A stretch of DNA of 64,000 nt from the NCBI GenBank assembly GCA_963823335.1, contig CAWGLD010000008.1, positions 32,001-96,000 on the forward strand, in the 5' to 3' direction. Positions 40,162 to 50,262 of the stretch are shown here, one piece after another. This DNA comes from an uncultured delta proteobacterium (GTDB lineage Bacteria > Desulfobacterota > Desulfobacteria > Desulfobacterales > B30-G6). Both the position numbers and the translations under genes were made by a program. The notes under the pieces were generated by a model that saw only the letters and a program-made list of their open reading frames with translations, was not told where the DNA came from and searched no databases. Numbering within the stretch: position 1 is the stretch's first letter; every line of letters begins with the position of its first letter.

Positions 40162-40492
40162 AATCCTTCTCCCTTGTCAGGAACCCGCTGGTAAAACCAC
40201 ACCACAGGGCTTAGGCCGAATGTAATGGTGATATCATCCCGTTTGTGTCATTTTTTAAGCCTTTATTACTATCACACTATCACTGAAACAACAATAGTTT
40301 TCGGAATTCATGACAAATACCATTGTGACCTTTCCCGTATTCAGGCACGGCCAGTTTCACAGGCCGGAACGGCACGGTTTAAAAAAGTCGGCCACCGATC
40401 TTTATCTTGATTATCACAGGCGCTTGTGTGTATGTTTCACGCATATCATCATATCTACAGTTATTAAGAAGCGTTATAATGAGGCTAACGGC

Positions 40493-43144
40493 ATGACCGA
40501 CCCAAAAAGAACAACGGTTATCACTTCCCACATCAATGCCGATTTCGATGCCCTGGCCTCCATGCTGGCTGCCCAAAAGCTTTATCCGGACTCCCTGGTT
40601 GTCTTTCCAGGTTCCCAGGAAAAAAACCTGAGAAATTTCTTTATCCAATCGATGGTCTATCTTCTGAATATCATCAATGTCAAAGAAATCGATGTTTCCA
40701 AAATCGGGCGTCTCGTCCTCGTCGATACCAGGCAGCCCCATCGGATCGGCAAGTTTGAATCCATTTTGAACAACCCCGACCTGGAGATTCATATTTACGA
40801 CCACCACCCTCCCATGGAAAACGACATCGAGGGGCAGGTAATGGTCCAGGAACCTGTCGGTGCCACCGTGACCCTGCTGACAGAAATTCTGAACAGCAAA
40901 AACATTGACATTACCCCCGATGAGGCCACGATCATGTGCCTCGGCATCTACGAAGACACGGGCTCCTTCACATTTCCATCCACCACTGAAAAAGATTTCA
41001 GGGCCGCTGCTTTTCTCTTGTCCAAGGGCGCCAACCTCAACATGATTTCCAACCTCATATCGCGAGAAATCAGCCCTGAGCAGGTGGCCATCCTGAACGA
41101 TATGATCCAGGCATCCAATAGCTATCATGTCAACGGTATCGAGGTCGTATTTACCAGCATAACAACCGATCAGTATGTACCCGACTTTGCTTTTCTGGTT
41201 CATAAAATGGTCAAAATGGAAGATATCGACGCTATCTTTGCCATCGCACAAATGGAAAACAAGGTCTATATCGTGGCTCGAAGCAGAATACCGGAAATCG
41301 ATGTGGGGGATATTGTCACCAGTCTGGGAGGGGGGGGGCACACATATGCTGCGTCGGCATCCATCAAAGGCAAAACCACTACTCAGGTTGAGCAGACCCT
41401 GTTGGAATTGTTGTATGACAAGATCAAATCCAGGCGTCTGGCCAAGCATCTCATGTCTTCACCACCCATCATGATCGATGAAGAAGTCTCCTGCCGGGAG
41501 GCTGCTGAACTGCTGACACGTTACAATATCAACGCCCTGCTCGTCACGCAAAATGAAAACCGCGTCTTATCAGGAATCATATCGCGCCAGGTCATCGAAA
41601 AAGCACTTTTTCATAAACTGCACGACGTACCTGTGCGCGAATACATGACCACGGAGATGGTGTCTGTACCACCGACGGCCGATATTCTGGAAATTCAGGA
41701 AAATATTATCGAGAGCAAACAGCGGATCCTGCCGGTCATCGACCAGGGAATTGTCGTCGGTGTTGTAACCCGAACCGACCTCCTGAACGTCCTGGTCAGC
41801 CAGCAGAAGGTTGACGACAGGTCCACCATGCGACAAAGCCAGAAACAGATCCGTGCCAGGAAACGGAACATCCTGAATTTCATGAAGGAGCGCCTCTCTA
41901 ATAAACTTCTGGATATATTGAAGAACATCGGCCAGGTGGCGGATAAAATCGATTGTGCCGCATATGTTGTCGGGGGGTTTGTCCGTGACCTCTTCCTGTA
42001 CCGTCCCAATGAAGATATCGACATCGTTATCGAAGGCGACGGCATCGCCTTCGCCAAAAAATATGCGGCCGGAGTCGGGGCACGAATTCACGCTTATGCA
42101 AAATTCGGTACCGCCGTTATCATCTTCCCGGACGGATTCAAGATCGATGTCGCCTCTGCAAGACTGGAATACTACAAGTTTCCGGCGGCCTTGCCCATCG
42201 TGGAAATGAGTTCCATTCGGCTGGACCTGTTCCGCAGGGATTTTACCATGAACACACTGGCGATTCAGCTGAACAAAGATAAATTCAGCACTCTCATCGA
42301 CTTTTTCTCTGCCCAAAGAGATATCAAGGAAAAGGTTATCCGGGTGCTCCACAATCTCAGTTTTGTCGAAGATCCCACGCGGGTATTCCGTGCGCTCCGC
42401 TTTGAACAACGCTTCGGATTTACCATTGGCAAGCTCACCGCGGGGCTGATCGAAAACGCAGTCAAAATGGACTTTTTCGAGCGGCTCAGCGGCCGGCGGA
42501 TCTTTACGGAAATACGACTGCTCCTGCAAGAAGAAAACCCGACCCCCGCCATTGTACGACTCCAAGACTATCAACTCCTGCAGGTGATCCACCCCTCTGT
42601 TGAGTTAGACAATAACTTGATTTCATTGCTAAATTCAACAAGGGAAGTCCTGGCATGGCATGATTTGCTTTTTCTGGAGGAATCCTATATTAAGTGGGCC
42701 ATTTATTTTATGGTACTTGTCCGGCACTGTGATCTGCAAACGACCCTGGAAATATGCGATCGGCTGGAACTGGCACCCCGTTACAGAAAAATTTTGCTCA
42801 AAGACCGTTTCACGGCTGAGTCCATCCTGAACCGGATGGAAAGAAATCTGCCGCAAGACGATAGTTCGCTGAATAAACAATTGGTCGGTATGAGCATTGA
42901 AATGATCCTCTACATGATGGTCTGCGCCCGAAGCCGCCGCGTAAAACGGGCTATTTCGCATTATGTAACAAAACTGAGACATGTCACCATATCGGTGACC
43001 GGAAAAGACCTCATGGAGCGAGACCTGAAGCCGGGACCCGTGTACCGGGATATAATGCAGGCGGTCTTGGAAGCAAAGCTCAATGGGTTACTTCAGACGC
43101 GGGAAGACGAACTTGCGTTTGTCGAACAATATATATCAAAATAA
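40493..43144 (+). CDS. tRNA nucleotidyltransferase with DHH/DHHA1 and CBS domains (probably A-adding type)
   Basis: HINADFD, DHH, GGGGH, two CBS repeats, then VGGFVRD, DID, RRDFTMN and EDPTR; start 40493 inferred. Confidence 0.85.
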   Translation: MTDPKRTTVITSHINADFDALASMLAAQKLYPDSLVVFPGSQEKNLRNFFIQSMVYLLNIINVKEIDVSKIGRLVLVDTRQPHRIGKFESILNNPDLEIHIYDHHPPMENDIEGQVMVQEPVGATVTLLTEILNSKNIDITPDEATIMCLGIYEDTGSFTFPSTTEKDFRAAAFLLSKGANLNMISNLISREISPEQVAILNDMIQASNSYHVNGIEVVFTSITTDQYVPDFAFLVHKMVKMEDIDAIFAIAQMENKVYIVARSRIPEIDVGDIVTSLGGGGHTYAASASIKGKTTTQVEQTLLELLYDKIKSRRLAKHLMSSPPIMIDEEVSCREAAELLTRYNINALLVTQNENRVLSGIISRQVIEKALFHKLHDVPVREYMTTEMVSVPPTADILEIQENIIESKQRILPVIDQGIVVGVVTRTDLLNVLVSQQKVDDRSTMRQSQKQIRARKRNILNFMKERLSNKLLDILKNIGQVADKIDCAAYVVGGFVRDLFLYRPNEDIDIVIEGDGIAFAKKYAAGVGARIHAYAKFGTAVIIFPDGFKIDVASARLEYYKFPAALPIVEMSSIRLDLFRRDFTMNTLAIQLNKDKFSTLIDFFSAQRDIKEKVIRVLHNLSFVEDPTRVFRALRFEQRFGFTIGKLTAGLIENAVKMDFFERLSGRRIFTEIRLLLQEENPTPAIVRLQDYQLLQVIHPSVELDNNLISLLNSTREVLAWHDLLFLEESYIKWAIYFMVLVRHCDLQTTLEICDRLELAPRYRKILLKDRFTAESILNRMERNLPQDDSSLNKQLVGMSIEMILYMMVCARSRRVKRAISHYVTKLRHVTISVTGKDLMERDLKPGPVYRDIMQAVLEAKLNGLLQTREDELAFVEQYISK

Positions 43145-43213
43145 AATCGTGTGACGATTTTATTTGAACTTTCAATTTTGAGATGACTTCTATATAGGGA
43201 GGAGAAAGGTTAT

Positions 43214-44203
43214 ATGACCATCAAGAAAAAACGCGTTTTGAGCGGTATGCGCCCCACAGGCCCGCTTCATCTGGGAAATCTTCATGGCGCATTGTTGAAC
43301 TGGGTAAATATGCAGGAAACGTATGACTGCTTTTTCTTTATTGCTGATTGGCACGCACTGACGAGCGACTACGAAGACCCCGGCCAGATATCCGGCTATT
43401 CCCGGGAAATCATCAAGGATTGGTTGAGTGTCGGGCTGTCACCGGAAAAAAGCACCCTTTTCGTTCAATCGGATATCAAGGAACATGCCGAGCTATTCCT
43501 GATTTTCAGCATGATTACACCCGTGCCATGGTTGGAGCGGAACCCGACCTACAAGGACCAGATGGTACAGCTGAACAACAAAGATCTGTCCACTTTCGGG
43601 TTCCTTGGCTATCCCGTCCTCCAGGCGGCCGATATTATCATGTATAAAGCCGATGGCGTTCCTGTGGGTGTGGATCAGGTGCCGCATGTGGAAATCACGC
43701 GCGAGATTGCCCGCAGGTTTAACTATCTTTACGGCAACGTTTTCCCCGAACCCGAAGCCATACTGACCCAAACACCGAAAATTCTCGGTCTGGATCGGCG
43801 AAAAATGAGTAAGAGCTACCAGAATGCCATCTATCTCTCGGACAGCCTCGAAAAAGTGACCACCAAGGTGTCGCAGATGATAACAGATCCACAACGGGCC
43901 AGAAAATCAGACCCGGGTAATCCGGACGTGTGCAATGTGTTCGAATTTCACAAATTGTATACAGACCCTGAAACCACCACCACCATCGCCAGGGAATGTC
44001 GCAGTGCTGAAATCGGATGTGTGGACTGCAAGAAAATCATGACCCGCAATCTGCTGGCCGCCCTGGCACCGGTTCACGAAAAAAGGGACTATTACGACAA
44101 CCATCCGGAGCTGGTGGAGGATATCATCAAACAAGGCTGTACCAAAGCCGGCAAGGTAGCCCGCCAGACCATGGCCGAGGTACGAAATGTAATCGGGTTA
44201 TAG
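43214..44203 (+). CDS. trpS: Tryptophanyl-tRNA synthetase
   Basis: SGMRPTG.LHLGN, YPVLQAADI, VPVG.DQ and KMSKS motifs. Confidence 0.97.
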   Translation: MTIKKKRVLSGMRPTGPLHLGNLHGALLNWVNMQETYDCFFFIADWHALTSDYEDPGQISGYSREIIKDWLSVGLSPEKSTLFVQSDIKEHAELFLIFSMITPVPWLERNPTYKDQMVQLNNKDLSTFGFLGYPVLQAADIIMYKADGVPVGVDQVPHVEITREIARRFNYLYGNVFPEPEAILTQTPKILGLDRRKMSKSYQNAIYLSDSLEKVTTKVSQMITDPQRARKSDPGNPDVCNVFEFHKLYTDPETTTTIARECRSAEIGCVDCKKIMTRNLLAALAPVHEKRDYYDNHPELVEDIIKQGCTKAGKVARQTMAEVRNVIGL

Positions 44204-44257
44204 GCACTTTCTTCGAAAGAGCACTAAGCTGAAAGCTGTAAGGTCATTAGCCAAAAT

Positions 44258-44977
44258 ATGGCACACACAGAGATCCCATACGAAATAAAGCTCGATCAGA
44301 TTTTTGAAGGGCCCATGGCACTCCTGGTTCACTTGATCAAAAAGAATGAAGTGGACATCTATGACATTCCCATTGCCATGATTACCCAGCAGTACCTCGA
44401 ATATCTCGAATGGATCAAGCTCATGAACATCGACTTTGCCGGGGACTTCCTGGTGATGGCATCCACACTGGCACAGATCAAGTCCAGAATGCTGCTACCG
44501 ACCCACGGCATCGAAGACGAGGAGGACCCCCGCCTGGAACTGGCCAAACCCCTCAGGGAGTACCTCGAAATGCAGTCCATCGCAGAGCAGTTGGCAAGTC
44601 GAAATCTTCTTGGAGAGCAAACATTTGTCCGATCCTTTACAGAAGAAGGATTCGAAGACCTCCAGGAAGAAGAGCCTTACATACAGGTGGGTCTTTTCGA
44701 ACTGATCGATGCGTTTCAAAAAATCCTGGCCAATATTCCGGAAGAGCACCGCTTAGAACTGTCCACTGACCGGATATCGGTCAAGGAACGAATTTCGGAA
44801 ATTGTCGACATCCTCGAGAAAAAGGAGTCCTTGACATTTTACGAGCTCTTTTCTAAAGACGCGGTCAAAGGTGACATTATTGTGACCTTTCTGGCTCTGC
44901 TGGAAATGGTCAAACTCAACCTGGTCCAGATTGTACAACATATCGAATCCGGTATTATCAGAATATTTTATATATAA
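44258..44977 (+). CDS. scpA: Segregation/condensation protein A
   Basis: FEGP..LL..LI, DIYDIPI, IKSRMLLP and VTFLALLE motifs. Confidence 0.93.
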   Translation: MAHTEIPYEIKLDQIFEGPMALLVHLIKKNEVDIYDIPIAMITQQYLEYLEWIKLMNIDFAGDFLVMASTLAQIKSRMLLPTHGIEDEEDPRLELAKPLREYLEMQSIAEQLASRNLLGEQTFVRSFTEEGFEDLQEEEPYIQVGLFELIDAFQKILANIPEEHRLELSTDRISVKERISEIVDILEKKESLTFYELFSKDAVKGDIIVTFLALLEMVKLNLVQIVQHIESGIIRIFYI

Positions 44978-45636
44978 TGGATGATTTAAAAAATATTATC
45001 GAAAGCCTTCTTTTTGTGGCTGAAGAACCCCTGGGTATCGAGCAGATCAAACAAGTTCTTTCTCTGCCCGATACAAAAATGATCCGGCAGACCCTCACTG
45101 AACTCATCACGGACTACGAGGGACGCCAGGGCGCCTTTACCCTGCATGAAGTTGCCGGCGGGTATCAGTTTCGTTCCCGGCCTGAATATGTCCCCTGGAT
45201 CAAACGCCTTCTTCAGCCAAAGCCTTCCCGGCTCAGCAAAGCCGCCTTAGAGACACTGGCCATTATCGCCTACAAACAGCCCATGATCCGTAGCGATATT
45301 GAGCACTTAAGGGGTGTCGATTGTGGCGGTGTCCTGAGGATGCTGCTTGAACGAAAACTGATCCGCGTACTGGGGCGCAAAGAAATTCCCGGCCGGCCTC
45401 TGATCTATGCCACCACCAAGCAGTTCCTTCAGGTGTTCGACCTGAAAAACCTGAAAGACCTGCCCTCACCCAAGGAAATCGAAGCCCTGGGAATCGAAGC
45501 CCTGGATATGGAAAATTCAGAGGATGAAACCATCGATGCAGCCGAGGCGCAAGATGAAGACCGCAACACCCCCCTGGAGACAGAAAGTGATTCAGAGCAA
45601 AAAGAACTTGACGAAGAACCCTCCGACTCAATATAG
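44977..45636 (+). CDS. scpB: Segregation/condensation protein B
   Basis: IESLLF, LSKAALETLAIIAYKQP, RGV and GRP..Y.TT..FL..F motifs. Confidence 0.95.
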   Translation: MDDLKNIIESLLFVAEEPLGIEQIKQVLSLPDTKMIRQTLTELITDYEGRQGAFTLHEVAGGYQFRSRPEYVPWIKRLLQPKPSRLSKAALETLAIIAYKQPMIRSDIEHLRGVDCGGVLRMLLERKLIRVLGRKEIPGRPLIYATTKQFLQVFDLKNLKDLPSPKEIEALGIEALDMENSEDETIDAAEAQDEDRNTPLETESDSEQKELDEEPSDSI

Positions 45637-45651
45637 TTGCAGAAAGAATAA

Positions 45652-45726
45652 GGGCGGTTAACTCAGCGGGAGAGTGCTACCTTCACACGGTAGAAGTCAC
45701 TGGTTCAAATCCAGTACCGCCTACCA
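45652..45726 (+). tRNA. tRNA-Val(CAC)
   Basis: Acceptor GGGCGGT/ACCGCCT; anticodon arm CTACC-TT(CAC)AC-GGTAG; T arm ACTGG-TTCAAAT-CCAGT; encoded CCA. Confidence 0.95.
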
Positions 45727-45771
45727 TTTAAAAAATAACAGGGAATTGGTTCATAATAAGGAGGGACACAA

Positions 45772-46533
45772 ATGAAAATGGTAAAACGACTTTTAATGCT
45801 TCTGGCGACCTTATGCTTAATGGTGCCTGCTGTACAGGCTGCCGATGTATCTCTCGGTGGTGGTGTCGGATTGGCCCCTGATTATGAAGGTTCAAAAGAT
45901 TACAAAGTGGTTCCGGTCCCCACCGGAAATGTCAAATACAGCAACGGGATGTTTGTGAAATTATTGGGATTGAATATCAGAGCCAACCTGCTTCCCGGCA
46001 GCATGTGGCAATTGGGTCCGGTGTACAATTATCGTATGGGGCGCAAAGATGTGGAAAACAACGCTGTCGATGACATGAAAAGTGTGGACGCTACCGGTGA
46101 ACTGGGTGTTTTTGGGGGTCTTGTGTACAATAAATGGTATGCTTCTCTGGAACTCTTGTCCGACATGGGCGATGGACATGATGGGTGGTATTCCACGCTG
46201 AAAGGTGGCTACAATTGGGTTATCAATGAAAGCTGGATCCTATCAATGGGGGCCTCCGCTACTTATGCCGACGATGACTATATGCAGACCTATTTTGGCG
46301 TCAGTAACAAGGATTCGCGGCGCAGCGGGCTGGATCGCTATGATGCGGAAGCAAGTATCAAGGATATCGGTATTAATCTGGCCGCAAACTGGATACTCAC
46401 CCAAAACTGGAGCGCCATGGGTATCGTCAGTTTTACCCAATTGCTTGGCGATGCGAGTGATGACAGTCCTGTGGTGGATGAAGGCAGTGAAGGCCAGTTT
46501 TTTGGTGCAGCCATGGTCGTATACCGTTTTTAA
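45772..46533 (+). CDS. MipA/OmpV-family outer membrane protein
   Basis: Signal peptide; P.YEGS, DDYMQTYFGV and DSPVV; terminal YRF. Confidence 0.88.
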   Translation: MKMVKRLLMLLATLCLMVPAVQAADVSLGGGVGLAPDYEGSKDYKVVPVPTGNVKYSNGMFVKLLGLNIRANLLPGSMWQLGPVYNYRMGRKDVENNAVDDMKSVDATGELGVFGGLVYNKWYASLELLSDMGDGHDGWYSTLKGGYNWVINESWILSMGASATYADDDYMQTYFGVSNKDSRRSGLDRYDAEASIKDIGINLAANWILTQNWSAMGIVSFTQLLGDASDDSPVVDEGSEGQFFGAAMVVYRF

Positions 46534-46591
46534 CACGTACGCGCCATCGTAAGGGCATCATTTTTGTCTTTCTCGATGCAGGAGGACGGTC

Positions 46592-49108
46592 ATGAGCGTT
46601 TCCCTTGCTGAAAAAACCGAATACAAAATCAAGGAACCTCAAAAACTTTCCCCCCGTATCTCCTGGCTTCGAAATTATTATTTTCAGGGCTGCAAAAGAA
46701 ACTGGAACAACGAATACACCGCCTGGTCCACCGGCACCCCCTGGGATCTGCTGTATCAGGAGATGACCTACTATATCGTCCCCGAAGTCTATATGCTCAT
46801 AGACACGCTGGGGGGCGGCTATCATCAGGCTGCAAGAAATGTGGATTTGCATGATGATTTCTGGACCTGGCGACTGCCCGAAAGAAAGGCCTGGTTCCTC
46901 AAAGAGGTCATGCTGAACCATGTGCCGCAGGAAATCCTCCCCGGAGATCTCATAGCCGGTGCCAGGTTCAATGTGATCACCTCCACCTGTTTCACAAAGA
47001 AAGAACGCGCGGCATATGACCGGAGGGTCGTGGGCAAAAAAGGCGCCCGCGCCAGAATGAAATGGTTTCACGACCATGGCTACGGCAATGCCGGCGCCAC
47101 CAGCGGCCACCTCATACCCGGTTATGAACACGCACTTAAAATCGGTTGGAAAGGTATTTACGACTCCCTGAAAAACTCCTTTGCACAATTGGTTCCCGAG
47201 GATCAAAACGGCCCCAAGGGTTCCCAGCTCAGGGCCATGATCACTGCGGCAACGCTTCCCAGGGACCTGGCAAATCAGTATGCCTCTCTTTGCAGCCGCC
47301 TCGCTGCGGAGGAAACCGACCCTGAGCGTAAAGCGGAACTGGCCCAGATGGCTCGAAACCTAACAAGGGTTCCCTGGGAGCCTGCCAGGACTTTCTGGGA
47401 AGCCGTGCAGTCCCTCTGGCTGACGCACATGCTTGTCATGAGTGATGAAAACTACCCCGGCCCTGGTGTTTCCTTCGGACGTATCGACCAGTTCCTTCTG
47501 CCATACTGGGAATATTCAAGAGATCAGGGCATGGACTGGGAGTTTGCCAAGGAGATTCTCAAGTGTTTCTGGTTCCACTGCAATACTGCCTACGATGCCA
47601 TGATCCGTAATGGCAACCAGGGTATCACCGCAGGTTTTGGTCAGCTGTTGACCCTTTCCGGTATGGGAAAAGACGGTCAGGACATGACCAATGAACTGAC
47701 CTACATGTTCCTGGAAGTCATCGATGAAATGACACCCATTCTGGAACCGAAGCCCAACGTGCGGCTGCACCGGAACACACCGGACGAACTCCTGGACAAG
47801 GTCATCGATATGATATCCGCAAGTCAGGGGTCCCCCTTTCTGATCAACTTCGACGAAAGGTCCATGGCCGGCATGATGCTGGAGGCAAAGAAAGCCAATA
47901 TCACCCACCTGATCAACGCGTCGAACGTGCATGACTACGCACCGGTGGGCTGTCTGGAAAACACCATGGTGGGCAATGACCGCTCCGGTACCGTGGACAT
48001 CAACCTGAACCTTCTCAAGGCCGTCGAACTCACCCTGACCGGGGGCAAAGACCTGATCCCCTTTGTTGACCCCATGACAGGCAAAGCCGAAAAAATCCGC
48101 CAGGACGGCCCGAAAACCGGCGAGGCAGCTGAGTTCGAGACATTTGAGGCCTTCTTCAAGGCTTATGAAGAACATACCGCCTATATCATCCAAAAGAGTG
48201 CAGATACCTATGAAGCCTCTGAAGCGGTTCGGGCCGATTTTCTTTTCACCCCCTATCTTTCCTGCCTGGTTAAAGGGTGCGAGGAAAAAAGACTCGATGT
48301 CACCCAGGGCGGTGCTGAAATCAATTTTACCACCCTGGAAGCGGTTACGTATGCCACCACTGTCGATTCCCTGCTGGCCATTAAATATCTTGTTTTCGAC
48401 AAACAGCTCTGCAGTATGTCCGAACTCATTCAGGCACTCAGGGACAACTGGCAAGATCACGAAAAACTTCAGGCCCTGGCCATCAACAGGGCCCCCAAAT
48501 ATGGCCGGGATGATGACGAAGCCGATGCGCTGGCCAAACAAGTCATGGATCTCTGGTGCCGGAAAACCTGGCAGCACAAAACCGTATCGACCCGTCGCCG
48601 GTTCAGACCCGGCATGCTGAGCTGGAACTACTGGGCCGGAGACGGATATGTCATGGCTGCCAGTGCCAACGGCCGTACAAAGGGGCAGTTTCTCTCCAAC
48701 GCCATCTGTCCTTCCAATGGTGCGGATATCAAAGGTCCCACATCGAACACCAACTCGGTGGGAAAAGTCCTGGGAGGAAAAGCGTTCGATGGCAGAGGCG
48801 ACTGGCTCGACACCATCAACTGCCTCCCCAATGGTGCCAGCCACACCATAACTTTCAACCCTTCCATTATCAAGGACCCGGTGCACAAGCAGAAATTCAA
48901 GGCCTTTTTAAAAGGATATGCGGAAAATGGCGGCACGGCCCTGCAGGTCAATATGCTCGATCCGGAAATGTTGAAGGAAGCCCAGAAAAATCCCACGGAT
49001 TACCGGCATCTCCTGGTACGCATCACCGGATACAATGCCTATTTTACCACCGTGGGCAAAGAACTCCAGGATGAGGTGATAGAGCGAGTCAGCCACTGCC
49101 GGTTTTGA
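46592..49108 (+). CDS. Glycyl radical enzyme (PFL superfamily), substrate unknown
   Basis: Cys loop PVGCLE, Gly loop LLVRITGYNAYF, SFGRIDQFL.PY, PKYG.DD; activase is adjacent. Confidence 0.9.
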   Translation: MSVSLAEKTEYKIKEPQKLSPRISWLRNYYFQGCKRNWNNEYTAWSTGTPWDLLYQEMTYYIVPEVYMLIDTLGGGYHQAARNVDLHDDFWTWRLPERKAWFLKEVMLNHVPQEILPGDLIAGARFNVITSTCFTKKERAAYDRRVVGKKGARARMKWFHDHGYGNAGATSGHLIPGYEHALKIGWKGIYDSLKNSFAQLVPEDQNGPKGSQLRAMITAATLPRDLANQYASLCSRLAAEETDPERKAELAQMARNLTRVPWEPARTFWEAVQSLWLTHMLVMSDENYPGPGVSFGRIDQFLLPYWEYSRDQGMDWEFAKEILKCFWFHCNTAYDAMIRNGNQGITAGFGQLLTLSGMGKDGQDMTNELTYMFLEVIDEMTPILEPKPNVRLHRNTPDELLDKVIDMISASQGSPFLINFDERSMAGMMLEAKKANITHLINASNVHDYAPVGCLENTMVGNDRSGTVDINLNLLKAVELTLTGGKDLIPFVDPMTGKAEKIRQDGPKTGEAAEFETFEAFFKAYEEHTAYIIQKSADTYEASEAVRADFLFTPYLSCLVKGCEEKRLDVTQGGAEINFTTLEAVTYATTVDSLLAIKYLVFDKQLCSMSELIQALRDNWQDHEKLQALAINRAPKYGRDDDEADALAKQVMDLWCRKTWQHKTVSTRRRFRPGMLSWNYWAGDGYVMAASANGRTKGQFLSNAICPSNGADIKGPTSNTNSVGKVLGGKAFDGRGDWLDTINCLPNGASHTITFNPSIIKDPVHKQKFKAFLKGYAENGGTALQVNMLDPEMLKEAQKNPTDYRHLLVRITGYNAYFTTVGKELQDEVIERVSHCRF

Positions 49109-49242
49109 AGACAGGGTTCGAGGATTCGAAGGGTTGAGGGTGATACAAGGGTGGTAAAAGGGTTTGAGGGTAGCCATAAGCATTAAGCGGTTTAGGCTAA
49201 ACACAAAATACAAAACATGAAACACTAAATCCAACAAGCTCC

Positions 49243-50232
49243 ATGAACCCAAGCAACACGAATGGTCTTGTACTCGAAATCCAGCGTATGTCCACCGAAG
49301 ACGGACCGGGCCTGAGAACAACTGTCTTTTTCAAGGGCTGCAGCCTCGCCTGTACCTGGTGTCACAACCCGGAAAGCATTTCTCTGCACCCCCAGATCCA
49401 CTGGATCGATTTGCGCTGTATCGCATGCAAGACCTGTCTCGACATCTGCCCCAAAGGTGCCCTGACCCTGACGCCCGAGGGTATCAACATCGACCGCAGT
49501 CTGTGCGACGGCTGCGGTGTCTGTGTCGATGCCTGCCCCTCCACAGCCCTGGAACGATTGGGTCAACAATGGACTCTGGCAGATCTTGTGCATGAAATTC
49601 TCAAAGACCGGGTCTATTTTGAAAAATCAGGCGGTGGGATAACCGTATCGGGTGGAGAACCCACCCTGCAGGCCGGCTTTGTGGCCGGTCTTTTGAAACA
49701 ATTTCGTGCCCAGGGGATCCATACCGCGCTGGATACATGTGGTTTTTGCAGCCGCAAAGCCCTGGATGAGCTCCTTCCCCATACGGCGCTGGTTCTTTTT
49801 GATATCAAGGAAATCGATACTGAGAAGCACCACGCCTTTACCGGAAGTGACAACCGGATTATTTTGGAAAACCTGATGCATGTCTCCCGATACATCGAAA
49901 CCCATCTATATCCTGAGGGTCTCTGGATCCGGACACCGCTTATACCCGGCACAACGGCAACCATTGAAAATATCACCGGTATCGGAAACTGGCTCGCCGG
50001 ACGCCTGAATGGTCAGATCAAGCGATGGGAACTTTGCAGTTTCAACAACCTTTGCAGGGATAAATACACACGGCTCGGTTTGACCTGGCAGTTCCGGGAT
50101 GTCGCCCTTTTAGAAGAGGACCATATCAAGAGCTTGTTGGCAGCGGCAAGAGCATCCGGTGTCGATCCGAACATTGTTCATTGGAGCGGTGCAGCCAGGT
50201 TAAGTGAACAACCTGAAGCCATTAGCGGCTAA
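49243..50232 (+). CDS. Glycyl radical enzyme activating enzyme (radical SAM with 2x[4Fe-4S] insert)
   Basis: DGPG.RT.VF.KGC.L.C.WCHNPES; two CxxCxxCxxxCP motifs; GG.T.SGGEP. Confidence 0.95.
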   Translation: MNPSNTNGLVLEIQRMSTEDGPGLRTTVFFKGCSLACTWCHNPESISLHPQIHWIDLRCIACKTCLDICPKGALTLTPEGINIDRSLCDGCGVCVDACPSTALERLGQQWTLADLVHEILKDRVYFEKSGGGITVSGGEPTLQAGFVAGLLKQFRAQGIHTALDTCGFCSRKALDELLPHTALVLFDIKEIDTEKHHAFTGSDNRIILENLMHVSRYIETHLYPEGLWIRTPLIPGTTATIENITGIGNWLAGRLNGQIKRWELCSFNNLCRDKYTRLGLTWQFRDVALLEEDHIKSLLAAARASGVDPNIVHWSGAARLSEQPEAISG

Positions 50233-50262
50233 GAGCCAACACCTAACAGTCAAGAGCTTATT

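Noticed and set aside
40170-40260. Possible c-di-GMP-I/GEMM riboswitch upstream of pilC (CGGCCTAAG...CAGCGGGTT on the minus strand)
   Set aside because: Only a P2-like fragment; the GGCAAA / GNRA / GACGCAAA first stem is not recognisable. An Rfam cmscan would settle it.
47516-48886. 456-aa minus-strand ORF (also 58459-59781+, 40379-41449-, 41570-42592-, 54227-55174+, 13050-13928-)
   Set aside because: Antisense or alternate-frame shadows of well-supported genes, with no recognisable motifs.
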